A stretch of 49,268 nucleotides of DNA from a virus (IMGVR_UViG_3300032307_000123:1-49268), one strand, 5' to 3'. Positions 7,651 to 17,430 are shown, counted from the first letter of the stretch. Notes: generated from the letters alone by a model not told the origin. A program made the numbers and translations.

Positions 7651-8106
7651 TTAATTACCTTTACCAAATGACGTTGTAGACTTCTTCTCTGAGAAAAGAG
7701 GCATACGTGGGTCATTTTGTTTCATAAAGCTGTTGTCAACTGCATCGGCTTGTTGCTGTGCTTGTTTAGCATAGTGAGCCTTACGTTGATCAACAAACTC
7801 TTGAGGGATCTTGCATAGTAATAGTCCACCAATTTCAACACCGTCTTTGAAACGGGAATTTTGATCGACCATTAGTTTCATTTCAGGGTGGTCCGCTAAT
7901 TTAACGGGTTCCCATCCTTCACGCATTTTGGCAGAAACATTTAGATTATCAGCCTCGTTCATAACACTAGTACGAACCCAACGGTATGCCCAACCTGGTA
8001 CCTTTTTAAATTCAGGTAATAATGAGGCAGGTTTCCAGCTATCTGCACGTTGAAAGTCATCTCTTGTATCTTGTTCACGATCTAATCTGTTATTATCCAT
8101 TTGCAT
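7651..8106 (-). CDS. Conserved head-module protein
   Basis: YRWVR...REGWEPV...GGLLLCKIP motifs; between scaffold and capsid genes. Confidence 0.6.
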   Translation of the reverse strand: MQMDNNRLDREQDTRDDFQRADSWKPASLLPEFKKVPGWAYRWVRTSVMNEADNLNVSAKMREGWEPVKLADHPEMKLMVDQNSRFKDGVEIGGLLLCKIPQEFVDQRKAHYAKQAQQQADAVDNSFMKQNDPRMPLFSEKKSTTSFGKGN

Positions 8107-9118
8107 TCTCCAATTTTAAAGTTTCTCTTGCATATTGTTCCGGTGTTAGACCAAATTTCTTGGCTAACGCTACTTGTGTCTTCGTCAATCGTACTTTTTT
8201 AGGCGCGGTACTACGCGTTGCCGGAGCAACTACAGTCGAAGGTTTTGTGCGCTGGGCGGGTGTTTCCTCGTCTAGCGTTGCATCCCCAAAGTATTCTGGG
8301 AATCGTTTTTGCATCGTATTATCAATACGACGATAATATTCATCAGAAGAAGGATCAATCCCGCTTCTAACTAATTTTTCATGTACCCCTAAAGCAAGAC
8401 TTGTCATTTCTTCATCTTTACCAAACCATTCATTCTTATCTTGCCAAGCAAGGGCTCTAGAATCAGGTTTTGGAGCTTGAGGTTTATTTTCCTGTATATA
8501 TACATCTTTTTCAGGTTCTTGTAAAGTGTTTTTATATTGAGGCTTATATTGTTGTATCTGAGATAGACGCATTTGAGCATCGTTCATCTTAGATTGAGCT
8601 TCAATAATTTTCTCTGTATCACCTGAATCATATGCTTCACGATAGTCTCGTTTAGCAATAATTAGTTGATTTTCAAGAGAAGTACTTACAGCTTTAATGT
8701 ATTCTTCTTCACCTGAACTTAAAGTTGTTTTTAACTTTTTGTTTTCTTCAGCAATTTGTTTTGCATATTTAATTGCTTCTTCACGTTCACGGTCTGCAGC
8801 TTCTTTAGCACGTCTTTCGTCATGCCAAACTTTTTTAAGCTGAGCCATACGTTGTTTAACACGTTCAGAATAATCTTCTAACGTATCATTTTCTAATTCT
8901 TCTACTTTTTCTTTAGGTAAGGGTTCTTTACCTCTATCAGCAGCTGGAATGTCATCGTCTGTTATTTCTAGATCAATGTCGTCTGCTTTTGTTTCTACTT
9001 TAACTTCATTTTTTTCAGTTTTAACTGAAACTTCTTTTTCATCAGGTAGTTTAGAACCTGGTATTTCGTCATCATCTGGATATTCAAATACAATATCGCC
9101 ATCTTTTACGTCAGCCAT
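8093..9118 (-). CDS. Capsid scaffolding protein
   Basis: Acidic coiled-coil protein; NEWFG motif; C-terminal VRLTKTQVALAKKFGLTPEQYA. Confidence 0.75.
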   Translation of the reverse strand: MADVKDGDIVFEYPDDDEIPGSKLPDEKEVSVKTEKNEVKVETKADDIDLEITDDDIPAADRGKEPLPKEKVEELENDTLEDYSERVKQRMAQLKKVWHDERRAKEAADREREEAIKYAKQIAEENKKLKTTLSSGEEEYIKAVSTSLENQLIIAKRDYREAYDSGDTEKIIEAQSKMNDAQMRLSQIQQYKPQYKNTLQEPEKDVYIQENKPQAPKPDSRALAWQDKNEWFGKDEEMTSLALGVHEKLVRSGIDPSSDEYYRRIDNTMQKRFPEYFGDATLDEETPAQRTKPSTVVAPATRSTAPKKVRLTKTQVALAKKFGLTPEQYARETLKLENANG

Positions 9119-9128
9119 TTATATCTCC

Positions 9129-9599
9129 TTATGCGCGAGTGTAGCCGCGTGGATCTTGCACCACACCTTCTACAGTATCGTCGTTTATAATGCGGAATTC
9201 TCTTCCGTGGATTTTGAATCTAGTACCTGCGTATGCACGTGTTAAAACAAAATCACCCTCTTTACACCATGGACCAGTAGGAAATCTTGATTCATCTTTA
9301 TAAGCTAAATCACCTACTTTTACTACAAATAATACAACTGTAGAATGTTCTTCAATGGTTCTTGTTTGTGCAGCTTTAACTAAACCACTTTCATATTCTT
9401 CTGCAGCATTTGGAATTGCACACAAAATCTTATAACCTTTTGGTTCTGGAAGCTGTAAGCCTCTTTCTTCAATCGGTATATCTTCTGCGTTTACTTCTGT
9501 TACGGTTGGAATCGTAATTGGTCTACCACTAGCATCAACCAAATTTTGATTCATTGTGAGTATGTCACTCATCGTCATAAGTCTCCATTCTTTGTGCAA
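9129..9599 (-). CDS. groES: GroES-like co-chaperonin (true start probably ~9572)
   Basis: PKGYKIL...GLV...VVKVGDLAY...WCKEGDFVL..YAGTRFKIHGREFRIINDDTVEGVV fits the Cpn10 pattern. Confidence 0.8.
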   Translation of the reverse strand: MHKEWRLMTMSDILTMNQNLVDASGRPITIPTVTEVNAEDIPIEERGLQLPEPKGYKILCAIPNAAEEYESGLVKAAQTRTIEEHSTVVLFVVKVGDLAYKDESRFPTGPWCKEGDFVLTRAYAGTRFKIHGREFRIINDDTVEGVVQDPRGYTRA

Positions 9600-9759
9600 G
9601 GTCTTTTATGATACTTTCTGCGACGGATAGACCTCGTATATATCCTGTCATATTTTGGTACGAAGCAAAATCTTTTGCTGCTCCGTCTCCTAAATTTATT
9701 AATACTGTTTTGCGCTGATCATCTATTCGAGACAATAATAGCTCTAGCGTTTGGTCCAT
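9565..9759 (-). CDS. Small conserved hypothetical protein
   Basis: 64 aa; DFASYQNMTGYIRGL; between portal and GroES. Confidence 0.6.
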   Translation of the reverse strand: MDQTLELLLSRIDDQRKTVLINLGDGAAKDFASYQNMTGYIRGLSVAESIIKDLAQRMETYDDE

Positions 9760-9765
9760 AATTTA

Positions 9766-12216
9766 TTACTCCTGTGGTTTTTGATTCTGTTCCTTTTCTC
9801 TTAGCTGAAATTCTTTTTTCTTAAATTCAGCATCCATTCCTATTTTAATACCTTGAAGAACTTTATCTGATTCTTCTTTTTGTTTATGTTGTGTAGCTTG
9901 AGCACCTAACTTAGCACCTTCTAATCTTTCATGAGAAGCAATTTTTTCTTTTTCAAGTTCAAGGCGTTGTTGTTCAATAGCAATATCAGCTTCTGTTTTT
10001 TGTTGCTTAATTTGTAAGTCTTGAGCTTTTAATTGCAACTCTTGTTGTTGCATTTGAATCAACGGATCTTGTTGCTGTTGTTGAGCTTGTTGTTGCTGAA
10101 CTTCTGCTTGATCTTTAGCTAATAGTTTTTGTGCTGCAGCTGCAGTCAATCTAGATAATTCTACTTCAACATCTTCAGGTAATGTTTCATCAGGTGTTGG
10201 TAATGGTACACCTAATTGTTCTTCTAATTGTTTTCTATATTCAAACGCAATGTGCTCATTAATATGTGCTAATGCTGCAGCTTGAATATTTTGAGCTTGA
10301 GGATTTTGACTCATCATCTGCATGAGTTTTGGATCTTGCATAGCAGCCATATGAACAGCTAAGTGAGCTTGATGATCTTGATAAATAAACGCTTTAACTG
10401 GTTTCATATTAATGATAGCCATATTTTCTGAAACAGGATCTTTTGGTTTTTGATCTTCAGCTGTTGGTACTAACTTACCAATATTTTTAACCCCTAATAC
10501 TTCTAACATCTGTTTATTTAATTCAACAAGATCATAGATTTGTGGATTAGCTTGAGCCATTTGCATAACTGCTTGATATTGCACAACCTTTTGAGACATG
10601 GTTGCTGCATTTGGATCAGATACTGGAATAACTTCACAGCAATCATAATCAGATTGTTTAGCACGTCTATTACCAATTTCTGGTTCGTATGAATATTCTG
10701 TAGGTGTGTAATCACGAATAATACCAGCTAAAAGTTTGAACTCTTGTTTCATCGCATAGTGAATACGCGCTTGAACTGCTGACATAACTTTTAATGTACG
10801 TTCTAGAATAGCTAATGTTGTACCTACTGGAGAATTAGCACTCATATCAGATACTTTCATATCTGCAGCTGAAGCAAATCTTCTACCTTCTTCAATGATT
10901 TGATTCATTAACTGATTAAGAACTTGTGATGGCTCTTTATAAGGTAGTGGTAAGATGTTATCGCGTATCGCACCTGATGGTACATCTACATCTCTCCATT
11001 CACCTGGAGCAATGGGGGTGTCATCTCCTTTGATACGAAGACCACGAGACTTCATCCCCCCTGGTAGGTTGCTCAATGTTCCTGCATCAACGAGTTGTCG
11101 TAAAATCATTGTGCCTGACTTAGCAAACGCTCCAATCAAGTGGATTAAACCGAAGCAGTAGAATCCAAAACCTGGAATGTAACCGTAATGTACAAAGTGA
11201 TTACGTTTTAATTGTTTTTTATCATCTGGGTTCCAGTTACGTCTTATAGCAAGTATGGTACCTGTACCTTTTTCAATCGTTACAATATATGGTAGTGCTA
11301 TGCCATCTTCTGAATCTCCATTTTCAAGATCCAAATTAACATGCATTTCTAAAATCTTATAGCGATCATCTTCTGTTGGGTTGAAGCCCATCTTCTCAGC
11401 GATTTTCTTTTCAGCTTCATCAACATCTAAGAACGGTTCGCCTAATTCAACATCTCTATAGAACCCTGCCACCATAAGTTTACGTAACTCATTCTTAGTC
11501 TTACGCATGACGTGTGTTACACGCTCAGCTGTTTCTAAGTTTGACGCACCATAAGGTACAACAATATCTTCTGCTGGAACATACATCGATACTTGACGTT
11601 CAAACGATGGATCGTAATAAACTTTCTTAAACGCATTACCAGCTAAACCTAGACCCCATAACATTCTTTCATGCTCAGGTCTGTATTCTGGCATACAGTC
11701 AGTTAACTGATAGTTCATATCATCTTTAACTCGTTCTGCTGCGTCTTCTTTTTCTTTTGTTTGTTTACCAATAATTTGTGTTTTGACTGGACCTGCAGCT
11801 GGGAAAGTTTCCATCATAGTTTCTGCTTGGAACTTAACTAACGCTTCAGTCATGAGTGGATGATACACATTACATGCACCTGGCCAGGGTTCTGTTCTAT
11901 CTTCTACTTTAAGACCTAATAATTCTAAACCATCAACATAAGTGGTCAACCAATCTTTTCTTGAATTAACATCTGCATCAAACTCACCAACAAGATCACC
12001 AGCTAATTCTGTTAACTGGCCTTCATCCATATCTTCTGCTAAGTTGGCATTAAACTCATCGTTTGTTTCTTTACCTGGAGTAATTGTAATCTCCATGCTG
12101 CCGTCATCTAATGTGACAGAGTCTGGATTCTCAATCTCAATGGCAAGCGCAGATTGATCTGCTGCTAACTCTTCTAATCCTTGAGGTGCTTGTGCTATTC
12201 CTTTTTCTATTGCCAT
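9766..12216 (-). CDS. Portal protein
   Basis: 816 aa; follows terL; PWPGACNVYHP and GFGFYCFGLIH motifs; Gln-rich coiled-coil C-terminus. Confidence 0.85.
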   Translation of the reverse strand: MAIEKGIAQAPQGLEELAADQSALAIEIENPDSVTLDDGSMEITITPGKETNDEFNANLAEDMDEGQLTELAGDLVGEFDADVNSRKDWLTTYVDGLELLGLKVEDRTEPWPGACNVYHPLMTEALVKFQAETMMETFPAAGPVKTQIIGKQTKEKEDAAERVKDDMNYQLTDCMPEYRPEHERMLWGLGLAGNAFKKVYYDPSFERQVSMYVPAEDIVVPYGASNLETAERVTHVMRKTKNELRKLMVAGFYRDVELGEPFLDVDEAEKKIAEKMGFNPTEDDRYKILEMHVNLDLENGDSEDGIALPYIVTIEKGTGTILAIRRNWNPDDKKQLKRNHFVHYGYIPGFGFYCFGLIHLIGAFAKSGTMILRQLVDAGTLSNLPGGMKSRGLRIKGDDTPIAPGEWRDVDVPSGAIRDNILPLPYKEPSQVLNQLMNQIIEEGRRFASAADMKVSDMSANSPVGTTLAILERTLKVMSAVQARIHYAMKQEFKLLAGIIRDYTPTEYSYEPEIGNRRAKQSDYDCCEVIPVSDPNAATMSQKVVQYQAVMQMAQANPQIYDLVELNKQMLEVLGVKNIGKLVPTAEDQKPKDPVSENMAIINMKPVKAFIYQDHQAHLAVHMAAMQDPKLMQMMSQNPQAQNIQAAALAHINEHIAFEYRKQLEEQLGVPLPTPDETLPEDVEVELSRLTAAAAQKLLAKDQAEVQQQQAQQQQQDPLIQMQQQELQLKAQDLQIKQQKTEADIAIEQQRLELEKEKIASHERLEGAKLGAQATQHKQKEESDKVLQGIKIGMDAEFKKKEFQLREKEQNQKPQE

Positions 12217-12225
12217 AATTTATCC

Positions 12226-13767
12226 TTAAACTAAATACAACCTATTTCTAGAACTCTTGAAACTTACTAAATCTTCAGGTTCATCATTAGGTAATCTAAT
12301 AAACCCACCTTGTCTAAATCTCATTAACGCCATAGTGGTTGAGTCCACTTGGTCATCGTTTGCGCCTGATGGGAAGTCATTACATTCCTCAATCAGTTCG
12401 TGTGCCCAACGTTTATCCGGAGCCCACACTATACCAGATCTGAAGAGATCTGCCACGGAGTTAACGCGGCTAATCTTATCTTGACCTTTTCCAGGTGTAA
12501 ATTCCCCTATTGGAATGCCCATTCTTCTCATCTCTTGATAGAGGGCTGCTCCGTTAGATTTCTTTTCTACTATGAAAGCGTCGGGTTCCCATTCCTTATA
12601 CTCTTCTAAAACAAGTTCTTTGAGTTCTGGAAATTCTAGCCGTTGCTTGATAGCATTAAGTAGTATTATATTATAATTATTGGTCTCTTCGTTAAAAAAG
12701 ACACCCCACGTAGTTAACGAATTATAATCAGCTCTAGTATTAGCTTCTTGTGCAGCATCAAGAGACATAATCGTAAACTCACAACTTGGTGGCACTTCGT
12801 TGTCCCATATCTTCCACCATTCACGTTTAATTAGTGCACCTTCTTCTGAGACTGGGTTCTGTAAGTATTGAGCATTCCAGTATCGTACATCTAGTGCTGC
12901 CTTCTTTGCTCTTAGTTCATCTAGTGGCCAGAACTCAGGCCAAAGTGAAGCTTCGTTACCTTCTTTGTCTTCAATAATTGCTGGAAATTCAACGACTTCC
13001 CAATCATCTACTCCGTCTTGCTTTATCATTTGGTTAACTATTTGGCCTGTTAAATCTAACTTAGACCATCTAGTCATTACCACAATAATCGCACCGCCCG
13101 GCATAAGACGTTGAATTGGACCAGACTGAAACCACTCCCAAGCAGGCAGAAAAACATCCGGTCGTCCCAGTTTGGCGTCTTGCTCGGAATGTGGATCATC
13201 AATGATAAACAAATCAGCCCCGCGACCAGCGAGGGCACCACCAACACCAATAGCAAAATATTCTCCATTATGATTAGTACCCCAACGAGATGCAGACTTA
13301 CTATCTGCTTGTAGTTCTACGTTGGGAAAAACATCTTTATAAGCATCACTACCCACAAGATTACGAACGCGTCTTCCAAAGTTAACTGCAAGGTCAGCTG
13401 TATGAGATGCCATAATAATCTTCTTATCCGGATACTTACCCAAAAACCAAGCCGGTGCCAGATATGAGATGAGTTCTGATTTTCCGTGTCGCGGAGCAAT
13501 GTTAACAATAACTCGTTTCTTTTCGCCGTTAGCAATGTCTTCAAAGATTTTAGCCAATCTTCTATGATGATTACCAACTTTATAACCAGGGTATACATGT
13601 TGTATAAATTCTAAAAATGTTTCTTGTCTTTTTTCAATTGTTTGAGTTTTTTCTAACTGTTCTAACTGCATTAACAGTTGTACTTGTTCATTCTTAGGTA
13701 ATACACTTATATTTGCTAGAGCTGTATCTAAATCAGCATCAGTGATGCCTGCTATATCTATAGGCAT
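12226..13767 (-). CDS. terL: Terminase large subunit
   Basis: Walker A APRHGKS, Walker B IIDDP, VMTRW coupling motif, nuclease SLD and DDQVDS. Confidence 0.95.
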   Translation of the reverse strand: MPIDIAGITDADLDTALANISVLPKNEQVQLLMQLEQLEKTQTIEKRQETFLEFIQHVYPGYKVGNHHRRLAKIFEDIANGEKKRVIVNIAPRHGKSELISYLAPAWFLGKYPDKKIIMASHTADLAVNFGRRVRNLVGSDAYKDVFPNVELQADSKSASRWGTNHNGEYFAIGVGGALAGRGADLFIIDDPHSEQDAKLGRPDVFLPAWEWFQSGPIQRLMPGGAIIVVMTRWSKLDLTGQIVNQMIKQDGVDDWEVVEFPAIIEDKEGNEASLWPEFWPLDELRAKKAALDVRYWNAQYLQNPVSEEGALIKREWWKIWDNEVPPSCEFTIMSLDAAQEANTRADYNSLTTWGVFFNEETNNYNIILLNAIKQRLEFPELKELVLEEYKEWEPDAFIVEKKSNGAALYQEMRRMGIPIGEFTPGKGQDKISRVNSVADLFRSGIVWAPDKRWAHELIEECNDFPSGANDDQVDSTTMALMRFRQGGFIRLPNDEPEDLVSFKSSRNRLYLV

Positions 13768-13768
13768 A

Positions 13769-14353
13769 TTATTCTTTTACTTCTGTAACATTAACTGCAT
13801 CGATAATTTCAAATGATGTATCGATGGCTGCTGTCTTTCCAAGAATTTTAAATAATTTATTTTTAATTTGTGCTTGTAAATCTTCTTGGCTTAAATTCTT
13901 AACGGTGATTTCTGTTTTCTCTGAGAACAAACCTACATCACTAATCTTACCTAGTAATTCTAATGCTTTTAATCTGTGTCTTGGATCTGATAATCCTGCA
14001 TCTTCTAAAAGTTTATTGGTAACAAACCGTCTTAATTGAACTGCTTCTTGCACAACTTGATGATCATAGTCCGATAACATCATAAATAGATGCTGAACTG
14101 TAGCAGGGGTCTGTAATGCTTTATTAGTAGCTGCGTTTAAGGTGTTTTTACCTTCAGGATCTGTAAATTGTTTAAATAAATCAGCAGCTTCTTGTTTTTC
14201 TTGTGATGAAACAGGTATATCTGCTCCTCCATCTACTAAAACTTTAGCAGTTGAGGCTGCAACCTTAAGTTTTCCATCAAAAGTGGTAGGTTCTTCTGCC
14301 TCAAAGTCATCAGGCAGGGGTTTATTTGTGTCTGGTATGATTTTTAATGCCAT
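13769..14353 (-). CDS. Terminase small subunit (probable)
   Basis: Immediately upstream of terL; RLKALELLGK motif; likely start MALKIIP at 14353. Confidence 0.7.
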   Translation of the reverse strand: MALKIIPDTNKPLPDDFEAEEPTTFDGKLKVAASTAKVLVDGGADIPVSSQEKQEAADLFKQFTDPEGKNTLNAATNKALQTPATVQHLFMMLSDYDHQVVQEAVQLRRFVTNKLLEDAGLSDPRHRLKALELLGKISDVGLFSEKTEITVKNLSQEDLQAQIKNKLFKILGKTAAIDTSFEIIDAVNVTEVKE

Positions 14354-14455
14354 AAAATGTCGCTGTTTACATCCTAGAAATTTATTTGCAGCTATTGCGG
14401 CCAATATATACTAAAATATTATATTAATCAAGCACATTTTTGATAGAATAGTTGT

Positions 14456-14800
14456 ATGAAAACTACGCTTACTCCTAAAAACCTAGCAATTTTATATGAT
14501 ATGGCATGTAAGCTACCACCATTCAATACTCTTAAGATGCCTAAGTCTTCTAAGGTTAAGTTTAAAGTTATTAAAAATCCTGATATATATGGTTGTTTTG
14601 ATGAACATGAGATGGCAATTGAAATAAGTGCTAATGCTTGTGGTTATTTTACAACTATATTCTCAACCCTTCTCCATGAAATGGTACATCTAGCTTTATA
14701 TGTTAAAGGTGACGATGACTTTGATAAGCATGATGAGAAGTTTCAAAAAATAAAGCGTGTTTACGCTGAAGTATATTCTCTCGATCCTAAAGCAATCTAA
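14456..14800 (+). CDS. SprT-like zinc metallopeptidase
   Basis: TLLHEMVHL (HExxH) followed by H-D-E-K-F. Confidence 0.7.
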   Translation: MKTTLTPKNLAILYDMACKLPPFNTLKMPKSSKVKFKVIKNPDIYGCFDEHEMAIEISANACGYFTTIFSTLLHEMVHLALYVKGDDDFDKHDEKFQKIKRVYAEVYSLDPKAI

Positions 14801-15063
14801 CCCGTTTTTATAAATTTTTTGCAAAAAATTTTTTGATTTGCCCTTTTTAAAAAGAAGGGGGTGGGTCCGCAGATTTGATAGTTACTACTTGTCTAGCAGA
14901 AAGTCGAAAAAAGCTAGACTTACTATGTCCTCTGAAGTCGACTTAACCGAATCCACCCATTTTTAAATTATATCCTATCGTTTATGCAAAACTCACTGCA
15001 TCCAGGAATATGGGACTCCTATCTGTAATTTGGGGGGATAGGGTAGGGTAGGTGCTTAAAAAG

Positions 15064-15092
15064 TTGACATTGTAAGCTTTATTTGCTATAAT
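15064..15092 (+). promoter_or_regulatory. Consensus sigma70 early promoter
   Basis: TTGACA-17 bp-TATAAT with TG extended -10. Confidence 0.9.
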
Positions 15093-15150
15093 GCTGTTAT
15101 CAATTGCGAAAGTGATTGGTATTTTATAAACTTTTATAGGAACTATTATC

Positions 15151-15831
15151 ATGAAAAAGAATCAAGTTAAATCAGTAATCAAAGCTTCATCAACATTAGG
15201 TAAAGACGTATCAGTAAAAGAAGTTATACTTAGTGACGTCACAAAATCATCACTCAATGACGTTGTGACAAGCGCGATCATGGCCATTGACGCTGGAATC
15301 AGAAAGGCCGAAGCCGTTTACATGACGGCCGAAAAGTTAGCGATCTCATTAGGAACGAATCCAAAGTATGAGGATTGGAACGCGCAATTTAACTACGTTG
15401 AACGCGAGATCGTGGCAAAGCGTAAGATCAGCGTTGATTCAGCGCAGAACATTCTAACCGAAGTTAGAAAAACAATGGCAACGGCCTTTGGATTAGAAAA
15501 GCCGAAAGCGAAAAGCCGAACGGCCGAAGCGAACGCGAAAGCACGCGCCGAGTTTAGCGACAAGCCTTTGGCCACGTTGAAAGCCGAAAAGGTTGCGCTT
15601 GCTAAAAATGGTGACGCGCAAAGCTTAAAACGTGCCGTTAAGATTCAAGCCGAGATTGAGAAGCGCGCAAAGGCCGAAGCAAGTGCCAATGCGAAAGCCG
15701 AAAGCAAAGGCATAACTCAATTAAGAAAATCTTTAAAAGATTGGATTCAAGGCATGAACCCTGAAAGCCTCGCAACATTAGTTTATGTTCGTGAAAACTT
15801 TGAAGCGATAGAAAAACAATCTAAGCAATAA
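15151..15831 (+). CDS. Ala/Lys-rich early protein, own transcription unit
   Basis: 226 aa; perfect promoter, AGGA RBS and terminator flank it. Confidence 0.75.
   Translation: MKKNQVKSVIKASSTLGKDVSVKEVILSDVTKSSLNDVVTSAIMAIDAGIRKAEAVYMTAEKLAISLGTNPKYEDWNAQFNYVEREIVAKRKISVDSAQNILTEVRKTMATAFGLEKPKAKSRTAEANAKARAEFSDKPLATLKAEKVALAKNGDAQSLKRAVKIQAEIEKRAKAEASANAKAESKGITQLRKSLKDWIQGMNPESLATLVYVRENFEAIEKQSKQ
15238..15269. repeat. 32-bp dyad GTCAC-N22-GTGAC, copy 1 (inside CDS)
   Basis: GTCAC AAAA TCAT CACTCA ATGA CGTT GTGAC. Confidence 0.7.
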
Positions 15832-15853
15832 ACTAAGTTAACTTAGTTAACTC

Positions 15854-15891
15854 AAGGCCTGAACGATTAACTTCGTTCGGGCCTTTTTTTT
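15854..15891 (+). terminator. Rho-independent terminator
   Basis: GGCCTGAACGA/TCGTTCGGGCC stem followed by T8. Confidence 0.85.
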
Positions 15892-15899
15892 CGTCCAAA

Positions 15900-16660
15900 T
15901 TTTGTGGCCACAAAACTATGACCGTAATAGTAAAGAGTAGGTGAGGGGGAGTTATAACGAAGTTAACTTCGTGGCTACATCTTTATGTGTGTTTGTAATA
16001 TAACGTAAAAGCTGACAATGTAAGCACCAAAATTACGTAGCTACGTAATAAAATAGAATAATCAATAGGTTAGCTGAGTTGACAAAGTCAATGGGACGTA
16101 ATTTTTGAATAAAATCAATGACTTAGAAAAATGGGCAGAAAAAGGCAAGTGCTTGATTTATATATATATTTTATAAAATTACATTATAACGTAGATTTCA
16201 ATGTGTTCTTCCAGCAGAAAATTTTTTAACTTAGTGGAACTTCGTTTTTATAAAAGTTTCTCTCCTTTCTTCCAGCCCACGCTATGCAGTTTTGAGCGTT
16301 ATAATGTAATTAAATAATATAATCAAGGACTTAGCGCGATATGTCTACTTAGACAATGTCAACTTTTACGTAATTATTGAATATAATCAAGGACTTATTA
16401 CGTAATTTTATGGCTGACAATGTCAACCAACTAAGTTAACAAAGTTAAACAAATCAAGCACTTAATAAAATAACGTTGACAATGTAAGCTATTGATTAAA
16501 AAATAGGCAGTCGTTAACCACGAAGTTAACATCGTCAAAAGAGAGAATGACCGTAAAAGAGAGAAGACAACTTAACAACTGATTAAAAAATAAGCACAAT
16601 CACTTTTACCGAAACCGAAAACTTGATAGTAATGAGTGTTAAAAACAACGTTAACTTAGT
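15900..16660. other. Non-coding hub of IHF-consensus sites and palindromes; candidate replication origin or packaging region
   Basis: No ORF; seven WATCAANNNNTTR matches; 15-bp inverted repeat 16177-16191/16297-16311; 18-bp palindrome 16032-16049; five GTTGAC-N3-GTCAAC-like dyads. Confidence 0.55.
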
Positions 16661-16688
16661 TGACATAGTCCATTCCTTGTGCTATAAT
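16660..16688 (+). promoter_or_regulatory. Consensus sigma70 early promoter
   Basis: TTGACA-17 bp-TATAAT with TG extended -10. Confidence 0.9.
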
Positions 16689-16737
16689 GATTGAGTTACG
16701 TTGATATTTATCTATGTTTTGCATGGTCTATATTGAC

Positions 16738-16769
16738 GTCACTTTTTCATTAACGTATGACTTTGTGAC
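16738..16769. repeat. 32-bp dyad, copy 2
   Basis: GTCAC TTTT TCAT TAACGT ATGA CTTT GTGAC; directly before the AAGGAGAGAGG RBS. Confidence 0.75.
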
Positions 16770-16782
16770 AAAGGAGAGAGGT

Positions 16783-17127
16783 ATGAGTTATATACATAAA
16801 CACACAGGCGAAGAGATATTGCTTGTGCCGAACTTGCATATTGAGTTTGGTGATGAAGACTTTAGTGATGACGGCAATTTTACATATGTCATGGGTTGGG
16901 CTTTAGAAGGTATGCGCGACTTTGACAACTATGAAACCTATACTGATTTAAAAAATCGCTTTAAAGAGTATAAAGGTATGTCATTGGAAGATAGGGCAAC
17001 CATAACTCATGAAGAGTTATCAAGGTTAATTCAAGATACAGATATGCGTCTTTGTGATTGGTCTTACATAAAAACGTATGATGTTTATGCTAAACGTGAC
17101 GGAACATGGGAGAAAACAAGTGATTAG
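16783..17127 (+). CDS. Acidic early hypothetical protein
   Basis: Start moved to ATG at 16783 after the AAGGAGAGAGG RBS. Confidence 0.65.
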   Translation: MSYIHKHTGEEILLVPNLHIEFGDEDFSDDGNFTYVMGWALEGMRDFDNYETYTDLKNRFKEYKGMSLEDRATITHEELSRLIQDTDMRLCDWSYIKTYDVYAKRDGTWEKTSD

Positions 17128-17226
17128 TATTTTTGATATGTATATATTAGGTGGTTGTGCAGGGGCGTTATTAGGTTGGTGCTTATGCGTATGGTTTGAT
17201 AAAGATAACAACAAAGGAGAAGATAA

Positions 17227-17430
17227 ATGATTTACGATAGATTCGGTGTTAACACCAAGAATAGTTTTAACAAGAAACCAAAATATAGAATGAGTAATAA
17301 TTACGAACGTGAGATTTATTTATCGGAATATACACCTATAAATAGAGAGCATCACAGACGTATCCGTAATTGCATGGTTGTGTCTTTAGGTATCAATCTC
17401 TTTTTACTATTGGTTATGGTGCTAAGATGA
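17227..17430 (+). CDS. Hypothetical protein with C-terminal TM helix
   Basis: AAAGGAG RBS; hydrophobic C-terminus. Confidence 0.6.
   Translation: MIYDRFGVNTKNSFNKKPKYRMSNNYEREIYLSEYTPINREHHRRIRNCMVVSLGINLFLLLVMVLR

Noticed and set aside
1205-14414. Many short alternative-frame or antisense ORFs in the structural region (e.g. 2354-2620, 3644-3925, 5958-6203, 8022-8336, 12257-12484)
   Set aside because: They overlap well-supported genes, lack RBSs and read like antisense shadows; 5958-6203 also runs through the capsid terminator
15233-15242. GTGACGTCAC resembling a matS site
   Set aside because: matS needs GTGAC-N3-GTCAC; here the spacing is zero, and the 32-bp dyads have the opposite half-site orientation
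15900-16660. Possible CRISPR array or tRNA cluster in the long intergenic region
   Set aside because: Repeats are short, interleaved and irregularly spaced with no repeat-spacer periodicity; no cloverleaf or T-loop/CCA pattern found
16714-16782. N-terminal extension of ORF 16714-17127 in the track
   Set aside because: It spans the 32-bp dyad and the strong RBS; ATG at 16783 is the better start
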